Shown here one piece after another: positions 1-12,139 of a DNA stretch of 64,000 bases. Below the pieces are notes generated by a model. The model was not told where the DNA came from and made no database searches. It saw nothing but the letters and a program-made list of their open reading frames with translations. The stretch is from assembly GCA_964016885.1 (NCBI GenBank), contig OZ024753.1:22506001-22570000 (forward strand), in the 5' to 3' direction. Position 1 is the first letter of the stretch, and the number at the start of each line of letters is the position of its first letter. This stretch comes from Eledone cirrhosa. Taxonomy: Eukaryota. Position numbers and translations under genes: made by a program.

Positions 1-902
1 TAATGATAATCATCCGGTTTCATTTATTAGATTATTTTTAATTCGGTTAATTGTGTAAACTCATTACTTGAATATAAAGTATAATAGATTTCTAAGGTCC
101 AACGACTTAAAGTTATGCAACAATTCAGCCTCGTTTCTAGAAAACAGAACCTTTTTTTTAAATAATCGAAAATACTGCTTTTTTTAGGCGTAACGGAAAA
201 CAGGAGAAAGCCTATATTACACTTCTGCAGAGCAATTGGAGAACTAACCTGGGAATATTTTAGACATTCCTTCAGAATAAATGTACGAGGCACGGCTGAA
301 AAGTTCATAGGCTGACTATGGAGGAAAGATGCATTAGTTTCAACCTGGGTTGTTTCTTTCTAGGAACTATGTTGAAAAATAAACACCATTTAGTTATTAC
401 ATGAGAGTATCTTAGTCAGCCTATAAACTTTTCAGACGACTCTCCTTCGACTGCTTCTGTATTGCTTTTGTATATTAACAATAAACATACAAAAATACAT
501 ACACGCATACACACATACACACTCACACACACACACATACTCACTCACACACATATAAACACGCACACACTCTCTCTCTCACTCACTCTCACACACACAC
601 ATACATATACACAGACTACCCTGTACTCCCTGCAAGCTAACTAATAACCATCTGCCTGGTAACTAGATTTAATAGAAATGGCAGGTAAATTACACCTACC
701 ACTTTCACAAAAGAATAAACTGCGGAAGGAGGCAAATACGACCTCATCCCGAGATTTGGCGGCAATCGACTAGGACCAGAAACTGGTCAACAAAAGTGGG
801 AAGGATGAATTGATAGATGAAATTCATTGGAGCACTTTGGCTTCTAATTGTAAGTTACACACACACATACACACACACACACACACACAGACACACACAC
901 AG

Positions 903-934
<32 letters not shown>

Positions 935-1149
935 GTAGTTATGTAATAAACAACATAAGATAATTATTTCATTTACCAGTGGTTTCTTGAAGGCAGATGT
1001 TATATATATATGTATACACACACACATACGTATGTATATATTAATAATTAACGGTGAATCGATTGAATGTGGCTTTTTAGCAACCAAAACATTTACTGGC
1101 AATAGCCGGCTGTGGTTGGACTTCATGTTCTTTTGCATGTCGTTTGAGG

Positions 1150-1280
1150 CCTCCCAGAGTCGCCTTTCAAGCTTTCCAAAAGCATCACTTGCTTTCCTAA
1201 TCCTAAGTGAGATTTCACTGACAAGTTTGCTGTATCGATTGACAGTGCTTCGCAGGTAGACAAACTGATCAACCACTCCA
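1150..1280 (-). pseudogene. RTE-clade LINE reverse transcriptase fragment
   Basis: Translation VDQFVYLRSTVNRYSKLVSEISLRIRKASDAFGKLERRLW resembles the RTE RT C-terminal segment F.YLGS...EI..RI.KAS.AFG.L..R.W. Confidence 0.7.
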
Positions 1281-1369
1281 TTTTACCATACACAGATATT
1301 TGGTTCTGTGTACTGCTTACCAGGGGCAGGTTGGTACATGACGACGGTTTTCTTGAGACTGATATTCCC

Positions 1370-2160
1370 TGTGTGATAATCAAAAACTCACACCCAGGGA
1401 AATTGCCCAGCAGTACTGCAGTGAATCCATGGATGAAAAACTGTATGCTTATCAGCAAAACATCATGCATGAATATGTTGGCAGGAAGCTCCAGAGTGAG
1501 AGTAATATAGATAAGGAAAGTAGTCTATCTTGGACCAACAACCGCTATTTTGGCTCCCACTTTTGCAATCCAAAAACACCAAATCAACACGAAATACCTG
1601 ATTTACAAAAGAGATAGAGATGCAGGCAAAACATAAAAGAAGGCATGAACAGTAGTGGGATTTAGCTGCCCAGCAGATGCCAATATGATATCAAAGAATA
1701 GCGAAAAGAAGAATATTTATGCAGAACTAATGAGACATCTGCAGATACTCCACCCTGATTACACCTTCAGATTTATACCTGTGATTATTAGGACACTGGG
1801 ATATGTTAGTAACTGCCTTAATACAAATCTTGAGAAGCTAGGCTTCACAGGAACAGAAAGAACACAACTAGTTAAGAGTACAATCCATTAATGGGATATT
1901 AAAAATATGTAAAACATTCCTACCATTCTGCATCTAATAAGTGCATATACACATGTACAGATACAAAGCATATGCACATCCACACATACAACTCAAAACA
2001 TACACATCCACACATACAATAACATCCATATCTACACAAACATACATACAAATCTACCTAATTGATGTGTAAATTCCAATGAGAGAGTCTTGCGTCTATG
2101 TTACAAACTGACTCTCTCTCTATTGACAAAAATTTGTGAAATTATAAAACCAGAAGAACA
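1370..2160 (+). pseudogene. Degraded 3' portion of an RLE-type (R4/Dong-like) non-LTR retrotransposon
   Basis: ORF pieces SCPADAN..EKKNIYAELMRHLQILHPDYTFRFIPVIIRTLGYV resemble the C-terminus of a restriction-like endonuclease. The 3' UTR ends at a (TA)/(CATA)n tract. Confidence 0.6.
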
Positions 2161-2182
2161 TATATATATATGTATACATACA

Positions 2183-2294
<112 letters not shown>

Positions 2295-2301
2295 CATACA
2301 T

Positions 2302-2368
<67 letters not shown>

Positions 2369-2438
2369 CATCTATGTCCCAAGGCTCTGATACCATCAAC
2401 ACTATACACACAGAGCTGGCATATCTAAGAACTGACTA

Positions 2439-2494
2439 ACTGCCTGATGAGGTCATAGCCATTCAATGGCTTTCATCGAAATATATATAGCAGT
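2439..2494 (+). ncRNA. Minimal type I hammerhead ribozyme motif
   Basis: ACTGC-CTGATGA-stem II (contains the AGCCA/TGGCT hairpin)-GAAA-TATATA-TA-GCAGT, followed by AATAAA. It lies in a short island between TA tracts. Confidence 0.75.
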
Positions 2495-2535
2495 AAATAA
2501 AGGATTATGAGTTCATCCAATTGACTTATGTTTCG

Positions 2536-2572
<37 letters not shown>

Positions 2573-2898
2573 GATCGAGTATCGAAAAATCGGCGCACGA
2601 GTTCACGATAAACAATATTCGAAATGAGCGGCAGAGGGCTCAATAATTCAGATGAATCAGAGCTATAACTATCATTTAAAATACCGTCACACATAGAACA
2701 AGTCTACAATCAACCATACGATAAAAAATCGATAATAGAAGATTCGGGACAAACAGATAAAAAATATCAATAAAACAATACATCAATAATTTAAATGAAT
2801 GTAAAATCATACCCGGACCCACTAGAAAGGTGTTACATCTAGCTTCTTGGGTTTCTGTAAATCCTTAGACTATACTCTATCAGCTCACATATAAATAT

Positions 2899-2928
<30 letters not shown>

Positions 2929-2929
<1 letters not shown>

Positions 2930-3302
2930 TTCGTTTCTGAATTTGTTTAGCAAGATTCTTTATCTGAAAACGTGTGTTGAAACCGATATTGTTATGCTTT
3001 GGGATGGTCATGTTGCCAATAAGAAACATACGCACCAGTTGCTTTCACTTCAATTTATTATAAAATAAATTTATAAATTTAGGAATTTATAAATTTCCGG
3101 CTGGTTGGTTAGTTCCACAACAAGAATCCCCAGTCACTGAAGAGGTCACAGAATGTGTGACGAGAGAACTTTGACAATATATGAACAATCGTCTGGTTGT
3201 GGAACCAACCAACCAACCGGAATTTTATAAATTTTATTTATAATAAATTGAAGTGAAACAACTGGTGCGTGTGTTTCTTATTGGCAACATGACCCCCCCA
3301 AA

Positions 3303-3306
<4 letters not shown>
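2929..3306. mobile_element. Penelope-like 3'-end insert with inverted arms in (TA)n
   Basis: Arm 2993-3123 is the reverse complement of 3196-3306. A degenerate hammerhead (GTCA-CTGAAGA-GGTCACA/TGTGAC-GAGA...TGAC) lies at 3133-3175 between the arms. Both flanks are (TA)n. Confidence 0.65.
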
Positions 3307-3333
<27 letters not shown>

Positions 3334-3337
<4 letters not shown>

Positions 3338-3936
3338 TCGTTTGGAAGCCTCGACAATGCAAATGGGTAAATCTCCGGGTAACAAGGTCCGGTGGTGGAG
3401 AGAGAGATGTAAGTGGGTGTACGTTGAGATGCGTGGTGTGTATAAGATGTGTAGAATGAAGGGAAGAGTATAAAGGATAAAAATAAAAATAACAACACAA
3501 GAGAGAGTTACCTTGGGAGAGATTTAATAGTCCCTATATATTTCGGATTCACATCCATCAACTGGGGTTTTTTCCGGGGTGGGGGAAAAGGTTGTCTGTC
3601 GGACAAGTCCGGAACGCGTCTTTCGCTGTTTGTTGTTTTGAATATCTGCAGTTGATGGATGTGAATCCGAAATATATAGGGACTATTAAATCTCTCCCAA
3701 GGTAACTCTCTCTTGTGTTGTTATTTTTATTTTTATCCTTTATACTCTTCCCTTCATTCTACACATCTCACACATCTTATACACACCACGCATCTCAACG
3801 TACACCCACTTACATCTCTCTCTCCACCACCGGACCTTGTTACCCGGAGATTTACCCATTTGCATTGTCGAGGCTTCCAAACGACTTAAAGATATTTACT
3901 TATTGTTCCACAATGCTTCAAGCAAACTTCAATACA

Positions 3937-3940
<4 letters not shown>
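3334..3940. mobile_element. Penelope-like 3'-end insert with inverted arms in (TA)n
   Basis: Arm 3334-3564 is the reverse complement of 3649-3888. Each arm begins in a hammerhead-like segment (GGA-TGTGAA-TCC-GAAA-TATA-TA-GGG). Both flanks are (TA)n. Confidence 0.65.
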
Positions 3941-3972
<32 letters not shown>

Positions 3973-4446
3973 CATACATGCATATATGATGGATGCCCCC
4001 TCGTTATCGAGTATGGCCATTGCACGATATACCATTATTAATAATTATTAATTAATTGTATCGTGCAATGCCTGTGCATGAAGATATTTTTTAAAGTGAG
4101 GCCAACCTGAGACTAAACAACAACAACAATAATAACCTGACTATGTGGAACAAGTAGCTGAGAGTAAAGTGTATCTGTGTGGGATGCACCCCTCGGGGAT
4201 GGGGAGAGCCGAGGATGACAATACTGGCACACTAATCAATCTTTCCAATACATCTTTGTTGCATAACACTTCTTTTATAGAGAGTAGAGAAACTTGTTAA
4301 AGTTGGACGCTAACCAAATTAAATGTTTTTGGAAGTTTATTGAATTTCCAGCGAGAAATACCGGAGGGACACCGAGGAAGCTCTGTAATATCTCTCAGTC
4401 GATTGACTTATTTAAGAATGGTTCCTAACATTAGCAATGTGTAATA

Positions 4447-5543
4447 GGGTGGGGGTGGTGGTGGTGATGGTGATGATGGTGGTGATGGTGATGGTGGTGG
4501 TGGTGGTGGTGGTGGTGACGATGGTGGTGGTGTGGTGGTGGTGGTGGTGGTTATGGTGGTGGTAGAGTTGATGGTGGTGGTGGTGAGGATGGTGGTGATG
4601 GTGGTGGTGGTGGTGGTGGTGATGGTGGTGGTGGTAATGATGGTCATGGTCGTGGTGGTGGTGAGGATGGTGGTGATGGTGGTGATGATGGTGGTGGTGG
4701 TGTTGGTGGTGATGGTGGTGGTAGAGTTGATGGTGGTGGTGATGGTGGTGGTGGTAGTGGTTGTGGTAGTGATGGTCGTGATAGTGGTGGTGGTGGTGGT
4801 GATGGTGGTGATGGTGATGGTGATGGTGGTGGTAATGATGGTGATGATGGTGGTGGTGGTGTTGGTGGTGATAGTGGTGGTGATGATGGTGGTGATGGTA
4901 GTGATGGTGGTGTTGGTGTTGGTGGTGGTGGTGGTGGTGATGGTGGTAATGGTAGTGGTGGTAGTGGTAGTGATGGTCGTGATGGTGGTGGTAGTGGTGG
5001 TGGTGGTAGTGATGGTCGTGATGGTCGTGGTGGTGATGGTGGTGGTGGTGGGGGGGATGGTGGTGGTGGTGGAGGTGGTAGAGTTGATGACGGTGGTGGT
5101 GGTGATGGTGGTGGTGGTAATGATGGTGGTGGTGGTAGTGGTTGTGGTAGTGATGGTCGTGATGGTGGTGGTGGTGATGGTGATGGTGGTGGTAATGATG
5201 GTGATGATTGTGGTGGTGGTGTTGGTGGTGATAGTGGTGGTAATGATGGTGGTGATGGTAGTGATGGTGGTGTTGGTGTTGGTGGTGGTGGTGGTGATGG
5301 TGGTAATGGTATTGGTGGTAGTGGTAGTGATGGTCGTGATGGTGGTGGTAGTGGTGGTGGTGGTAGTGATGGTCGTGATGGTGGTGGTGGTGATGGTGGT
5401 GGTGGTGGTGGTGATGGTGGTGATGGTGGTGGTGGTGGTGGTGGTGGTAATGATGGGGGTGGTTGTCGTGGTGTTGGTGGTGATGATGGTGAGGGTGGTG
5501 TAGGTGGGGTAGGTGATGGTGGCGGTGGCAGCGGTGGTGGCAT
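4447..5543 (+). repeat. Degenerate (GGT/GAT)n trinucleotide array
   Basis: Directly visible. It includes an internal duplication of about 360 bp. Confidence 0.95.
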
Positions 5544-5585
5544 TGTGGAAATGTCAGATATGATTCTTTGTTATATCTATCAGTG

Positions 5586-5724
5586 TCACACTACCATCAC
5601 CTTCACCACCACCACCACCAACACCACCACCATCACCACCACCACCACCGCCACCACCACCATCACATTCACCATCACCACCACCTTCATAATTTCTACC
5701 ATCCTCCTCCTCATCACCACCATC

Positions 5725-5755
<31 letters not shown>

Positions 5756-6270
5756 CCACCACCACCACCACCACCACCACCACCACCACCACCACCACTA
5801 CCGCTAGCACCACCACCACCACAACCACTAGCACCACCACCACCACGACCACCACCACCACCAATACCACCACTACCACTAGCACCACCACCACCACGAC
5901 CACCACCACCAATACCACCAATACCACCACCACGACCACCATCACCAATACCTCTACCCCCACCGCCACCACTACCACCACCACCACTAATACCACCACC
6001 AATACCACCACCACCACCACGACCACCACCACCAATAGCCCCACCGCCACCGCCACCACTACCACCACCACCACCACCACCACCACCAATACCACCACCA
6101 ATACCACCACCCCCATCGCCACCACTACCACCACCAATACCACCACCACCACCACGACCATCACCACCAATAGCCCCACCGCCACCGCCACCACTACCAC
6201 CACCACCACCACCACCACCACCAATACCACCACCCCCATCGCCACCACTACCACCACCAACACCAACACC
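5586..6270 (+). repeat. Degenerate (ACC)n trinucleotide array, inverted relative to the preceding array
   Basis: Directly visible. Confidence 0.95.
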
Positions 6271-6616
6271 TCCAACGAGATATACCTTGGAGGAGGCCAG
6301 CTAAACCTGCAGGTGTGAGCTGTAACAACAACAACCACAATTCTGGATGGCGTTATTAACCGTTGCAAGATGGTTTACGGCTCCTTAAAAATTCTCACGG
6401 TGTTTATTAAGTATTTTACTACTATATCAATAAATTCTTTATATTCATTACTTTTAAAGAAAGCTTTTACGAAAAATAATATCTTTTAAAGTAATGTTGT
6501 AACTGAGTCGGTTGGATAAGATGACACAATTTGTGACGAAGTTGGACTTTGATTTACTGTTTATAGAGAGAGAATGAAAGAGAGAGAGTGGCTCTGTGTG
6601 TAGGGTGGGTGGGTGG

Positions 6617-6701
<85 letters not shown>

Positions 6702-7199
6702 CTTATATTTAAGTAACAGCCGTACTAAGAGTGAGAAATGAAATTTCGTTTCATTTTTTCCGTTTATATATATATATATATATAATATATCTATGTAAAA
6801 AGTAAATAGAAATAACAATGCAAACGACACTGTACAATGAAGAAATATATTAGTTTAACTCTCGAAATATTACGGAGAGAATCGACCCTGGCAATTTATG
6901 TATCGACCCCGCATCGATTACATACAACATTGACCTCAGCACGATCCTGACATCAATTATCCAATAAAATATATCTATTTTTATCGTTAGGGACAATGTT
7001 ACACATTCTTGGGAAAGAAAGTTGATTGATTTAATCGATCTTGATATGGTGAATATAACCTTCATCGCCCCCCCCCCCCCCCTCCTCCTCCTCATCATCA
7101 TCATCATCATCATCTTCATCAACAACTTTATTTGCATCCTAGTTTGAATTCTTACCACGGCTTTCTACAATATTGAGTTAATGTCTCTTGGTTTTGTGG

Positions 7200-7360
7200 G
7201 CGTTGCATGGCCGTATGGCTAAGAGGTGTGGAATACAAGCCTTAGGCCTTCAGTCCAAGCCCATTATGTGGCACATTAGCAAATGTCATTTATCATATCC
7301 TCGGGTCGATCCCTAACCCTTGAGTAACATTTAATAGACAAAAACTGTACATCGGATGGA
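7200..7360 (+). mobile_element. Degraded tRNA-derived SINE (second family)
   Basis: A-box-like TGGCCGTATGGCTAAG and a degenerate B-box, followed by GTGGCACATTAGCAAATGTC...CCTCGGGTCGA. Confidence 0.4.
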
Positions 7361-7899
7361 ATATACTTGTAAATCAAAGGGCTAGTCTTGTTGCATACTG
7401 TGACCTGCTGAATCTCCCTGAGAAATAGAGTAAGGGAATATGTGCCTGTGGAATCCTTAGCCATAATTTTAAGAGTAGGCTGTTTCGTTGACCGAACAAC
7501 TGGAACACTCATCGTCGAAACCCATGGAGTACCATTTCTGGTTTAACAGCATCTAATCCTAGAGTATCTTTAGTAGAGTTCAGCCTGTTGCAAGCATTCT
7601 GTACAGATCTCCGGTTTGACGTTCTAAGACCAACTCTTCTACTTGTCTAGTAGGCCCTACAAAGCTTCATGGGTTCTAGGCCCCTCCCAGAAGTCTTGTT
7701 AACCATTACTAATAGGATTCTGGAAAGTTTTTCAGATGTTCTGATTTATATTTTGAAGACTAAATTTGTAATCTTCCTAACATTGTTTTATCAATATTTC
7801 GATTATGTCTTCATGATGTTCGATAATTAAGGGTTTTTAAACAGGCGACCTTCTTTGGTTATTTGGAAGGGTGGTAGATTGCCAGATACTTTGGAGGCC

Positions 7900-8085
7900 C
7901 TGACAAAAACCTGGTGGTATTTGTTCATTTATGTTCCGAGTTAAAATCCCACCGACATGAATTTTGCCGACCATTCTTCCGGGGTTGATAAAATAAAGTA
8001 TCTCTGAATTATTGGAATCGACAGTCTTGTACCTCCAGCCCACCCCAAGACATTGCTGGCTGTGGGCCTAGATTAGAAACGATTG
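7900..8085 (+). mobile_element. Degraded copy of the main SINE family
   Basis: GAGTTAAAATCCCACCGA...TTTTGCC..CATTCTTCCGGGGTTGATAAAATAAAGTA...TTGCTGG matches the copies at 45.9-46.4 kb. Confidence 0.65.
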
Positions 8086-8801
8086 TGTTAAAAATTTGAA
8101 ATATGTTTTAGATTTCGTCCCTTTGTTAAGTTTGTTGAAACTACAACACATATATGGCGTGATGAAATTTTATTGTGACTGTTAAAGCAATTTCAATTTT
8201 TACTTTAACCACAAGGGATTGTAGAAAATAATTCTATTTATTCTAATCACCAGAAACATTATGTCTTCTCACCCAGGAGATATGAATAAAGTTTGGTTAT
8301 ATATTATAGGAATTTCTAAAAAAAAAGCCATTTAAGAATACGTTACGATACGCTTAGATTTAATTGGATAGAATTAACCCATTAAAGCTGAAGCGTGTTT
8401 CGTATCTATTTATGAGACTGACAGGAAAAGCGAGGTTCCAATTATGTAAGGCCGTAATGTAATAACTAATAACAGATAATAGAATCAATTGGAAGAACAG
8501 TTATGGAGATAACATTAATGTAAAAGAAAAACATATAACCACACGACACAATTGAGATGGCCTCACATCAATCGTCAGTTGTTTTCTTTATATTTCATAC
8601 ATTGAAAGAGAGAATTTATGAGTTCATTCATTTTGTTAGAAATAACAGGCAAAATCATCACAAATTACACACTGTTGTCTTAAATAACGAAAATATATAT
8701 GATTTGTAATGTCGTCATACAGGTAAATCACTGGGCAGTGACTGTCATATGTCTGCTCTATTAGTGTCAATCTAGGACCTCTTCTTCATATATAACTTTT
8801 G

Positions 8802-8833
<32 letters not shown>

Positions 8834-9007
8834 CAGAGAGAGAATTAGGATTTAGCTTCAGGCATAGCTGTACACAGATATGTGTTGAAATTTCATATTT
8901 CTAAAGAAATACGATATGTTTATAGATAAACATTTAGAAAGCCGTAACTATGCAAAACACCGGAGGCTATCGCCGTCTTGTGGTGTCCATCAGAAGCAAG
9001 GGGGACA

Positions 9008-9051
9008 ATCGTCAATGCATTTCGAACTTAACTGGTTCTCATCAGGACGAT
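9008..9051 (-). ncRNA. Minimal type I hammerhead ribozyme motif
   Basis: The minus strand reads ATCGTC-CTGATGA-GAAC(cagttaa)GTTC-GAAA-TGCA-TT-GACGAT, with an intact core and perfect stems I and II. Confidence 0.85.
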
Positions 9052-9285
9052 CGCTCCCACTCTTGCAACTGCTGGACATGAAAACAGTCGAGAATATATG
9101 GTTTTCTTGTCTGTGTAAATGAGGTGATTAATGTCATTTGCATATAAAGCTGTGTAAGATGGCTCAACTTATAATAGAATAGAATATATATATATAATTA
9201 TGTGTGTGTGTGTGTGTAGGATGGCACAAATATTGCGTACTATTAAAATAAAACTTTCCCATAAGATTGCTGTCTCTCTCTTAAA

Positions 9286-9746
9286 GACGGGTTGAAGGGC
9301 TGAAGACGGACACTTTCCTCTTCGGCCAATCCCTGATGAACCTTTTTAAGTTTCACTTGAAGAGGAAAATCAGGGTGGAGAGGCAAGTGCTGTCTTCTAG
9401 TAAGTTTGTTGAAAGGTGGGTGAAAGTGGAGACTCTGGTACGAAAGTGGAGAGTCTGAGTATGCGCCTGTAGACTGAGGACTGGGAAAACTGAGAGAAGA
9501 CGCTTGCCCTGGTGGTCAGGGTGGCCGTGGTCTTTTGTGGGGGTTTTCTCCACGAGAGACCCTCGGAGGTTTCCCCCTTTTTGGGGAATTTTTGTTGTTT
9601 GAATTTTTTTGAATTTTAGCCCGATTTCTATCTTGTTATAACCTGTTTACACGACCAAAACCCACTGTGTATCGTCCTGTACTGTTCTGTGCCGTCTCTA
9701 ATGTTTTTCTTCATGTTAGCCCTTTGTGGCCAATAAACAACAAACC
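9286..9746 (+). mobile_element. 3' fragment of a Tx1-type LINE related to the downstream element
   Basis: Encodes TGLKGLKTDTFLFGQSLMNLFKFHLKRKIRVERQVL, matching the ORF2 C-terminus at 15370-15558. It has a similar 3' UTR and an AATAAA, then (TTC)n. Confidence 0.85.
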
Positions 9747-9749
9747 GTT

Positions 9750-9780
<31 letters not shown>

Positions 9781-10007
9781 TTATTATTATTATTGAATGC
9801 CATGGTTGACGGAGGCTCGGCTCTGTAAGGTATAGTAATTTTTAACCGTTAAAACAATTGTAAATTGTTTAAAACTTGAACCAAATTGTTGATAAAGACA
9901 CCCTCCTCCTCGTGAGAGGGGTCTTTCTGTCCGTTATTTGGCCCTTCGGGGTTAAATAACCAGTTATTGGGGTTTTGTACCCAAAATTTCATTTTAAACA
10001 AAAAAAC

Positions 10008-12104
10008 ATGGCTACGAAAAAGAAATTTCATACGTCACTCCCACTCATTCCGTCTTCTTCTTCCTCAATCATCACTACAGCAGAGAGAAGATTGTCTCTC
10101 TCCCTCCCTTCTTTAAATGTGTCTCTCTCCCTCCCTTCTCTTTCGCAAGCGACGAAAGAAAAGAAAAGTCTCGTGCAAAGCGTGCAAGGTTTCTCCACGA
10201 CGACGACGACAGCGACGAAACAGGTGTGCGGGAAATACGAAAACCCAGTTCATTCGTCTGACGTCAGGAATAATAGCAGTAGCAGCCGTAATAACAACAG
10301 CAACAGTGACAATGAAAACAACAGTAGCAGCCGCAACAGCATCACCAGCAGCATAAACAACAACAGCATTAGCAGCAGCAACACCAACAACAACCACAGC
10401 AACAGCGGCGGAGGCAGTAGTCGTAGTACCTGCAGCAACAACAAAAGTACCAGCAGCTCTGACGACAACAACAACAGCAGAGAAAAACCAATCTCATTTG
10501 CAGGTATTGCGAAAAACTTGGAAACAATCCTCATAACAAATGAGGAATTAGAGGAAGCGAAGAAGATGGTGACAAAGAACGGACACCGAGCAATCTGCAA
10601 GGCAGCGGAAAATTTTTTCGAAACCCAAGAGCACTGTACGGTCACGTACCGTACAGTAAGTACAAAATCCCGTAGGGTGGAAAGAGCCACAGAGGCCCAA
10701 ATACAAAAAGCCTTGGGGTCTGTGTGGCAGCGGAAAACGCACATCACCCGAGGCAAAAAATATGCCACCGTAGACGTACTTTTTGCCACACCCCAGGAGG
10801 CAAAGGCCCAATCAGTAGTGACCCTAAGGAGCGAGGAAATGGTGTTGGTGCCCTCCTACTGTGGGCAAAAAATTGTGAGGGTCAAACTGACCCACGTCCC
10901 CCCCGGAATGACCCCTTCTTGGCTGGCCGCGTCTGTCCTCGTCGGAATCGAGGACAAAACAACTGTACTGCAAGTACAGAAAAAAGTAAGAGAAGATTGG
11001 GTCGGCTCCTCCATTGAGATGCTAATCCAAACCAACCAGGAGTGCATCGAAGCTATCCCGGATGTGATAGACTTCGATAACGGCACTCAACTGCCCATAA
11101 GTGTTGAGGGCAAACGCCCGAAATGCTTTCGCTGTGGATCGAAGACTCACCTCAGGGCCTTCTGCAACGAGAAGACCCTGAGAAAGGAGAAAACCCCCCT
11201 CCTTCCGAATCCGGCTCCACGGCTACCAGCAACAGGACAAGCGGCAACCAGGAACGATAGGCCCGTGGTACCCATACCCACTCCACGGAAATCAAAAACA
11301 GCAGCAGCAGTGGAAATACTAACAACAACAACAGCAATACCAAATGCAGCTGCAACAGAGACTCCAGTGCAAACATCACCAACAACAACAAGTGAAAGAG
11401 TGGAGCTGGTACCCCTCCCCGACCTCACAGAATCAGACATGGAGTGTGAGGTGGGAGAGAGATGGCAAAAGGTCGTAAGAAGGCACAAACGCAGAAACAG
11501 CGCATCGTCGCCTTTGAAAAGGGAGGAAAGAAATGAGAAAAGGGTAAAGTCTACTGCAAAGAGACCCACAGCAGCAACAACACCAACACCATCACCACCC
11601 ACACTAGCGCCACCATCACCACCGGCGACAACCCCACCGCCAACAACACCTTCAACACCAGCACCACAAGCACCAACATCGCAAACACAACAACAAAACA
11701 CACACACCCAGCAACAACGACAAGAAAATAGCAGAACCACACCCCACCCCCAGAAAAACAAATGCACGGCAATAAATACACACAACAAGAAACTAATGAC
11801 TTACATAATTGAACACACAGACATTTCACAACAGGACTACATAATACCAGCACCAATCAAAACGCCAACTAACATAAGACTGCTAAAAATAGCACAGAAA
11901 CAATACACAAATATTAAAACGAAATTCCCCAACGCAGTTGGTGATTTCAGGGACCTAGGAGGAACCATCAATCGAAGAGTATACTCAGACATTCTCTTAG
12001 AAGAGCCGACGACCAGCCGAAGGGACGATTCAACGGTCCCTTCACCAGACGATCAAGTGAAAAGGGATGTAAAAACCATCCCTCCTCTACCAAAAGTACG
12101 GTAA
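10008..12104 (+). CDS. Tx1-type ORF1 nucleic-acid-binding protein
   Basis: Open frame from the ATG at 10008, with a CX2CX4HX4C knuckle (CFRCGSKTHLRAFC) and Ser/Asn-rich and Pro/Thr-rich low-complexity segments. Confidence 0.85.
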   Translation: MATKKKFHTSLPLIPSSSSSIITTAERRLSLSLPSLNVSLSLPSLSQATKEKKSLVQSVQGFSTTTTTATKQVCGKYENPVHSSDVRNNSSSSRNNNSNSDNENNSSSRNSITSSINNNSISSSNTNNNHSNSGGGSSRSTCSNNKSTSSSDDNNNSREKPISFAGIAKNLETILITNEELEEAKKMVTKNGHRAICKAAENFFETQEHCTVTYRTVSTKSRRVERATEAQIQKALGSVWQRKTHITRGKKYATVDVLFATPQEAKAQSVVTLRSEEMVLVPSYCGQKIVRVKLTHVPPGMTPSWLAASVLVGIEDKTTVLQVQKKVREDWVGSSIEMLIQTNQECIEAIPDVIDFDNGTQLPISVEGKRPKCFRCGSKTHLRAFCNEKTLRKEKTPLLPNPAPRLPATGQAATRNDRPVVPIPTPRKSKTAAAVEILTTTTAIPNAAATETPVQTSPTTTSERVELVPLPDLTESDMECEVGERWQKVVRRHKRRNSASSPLKREERNEKRVKSTAKRPTAATTPTPSPPTLAPPSPPATTPPPTTPSTPAPQAPTSQTQQQNTHTQQQRQENSRTTPHPQKNKCTAINTHNKKLMTYIIEHTDISQQDYIIPAPIKTPTNIRLLKIAQKQYTNIKTKFPNAVGDFRDLGGTINRRVYSDILLEEPTTSRRDDSTVPSPDDQVKRDVKTIPPLPKVR

Positions 12105-12139
12105 GTGGTCTTTCCCATCTTTTCCACTCTATTTTAAAC

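Noticed and set aside
4408-6368. Long poly-Val, poly-Pro and poly-Thr ORFs resembling extensin or mucin
   Set aside because: They are readings of trinucleotide arrays that are open in several frames, with no signal peptide or exon evidence.
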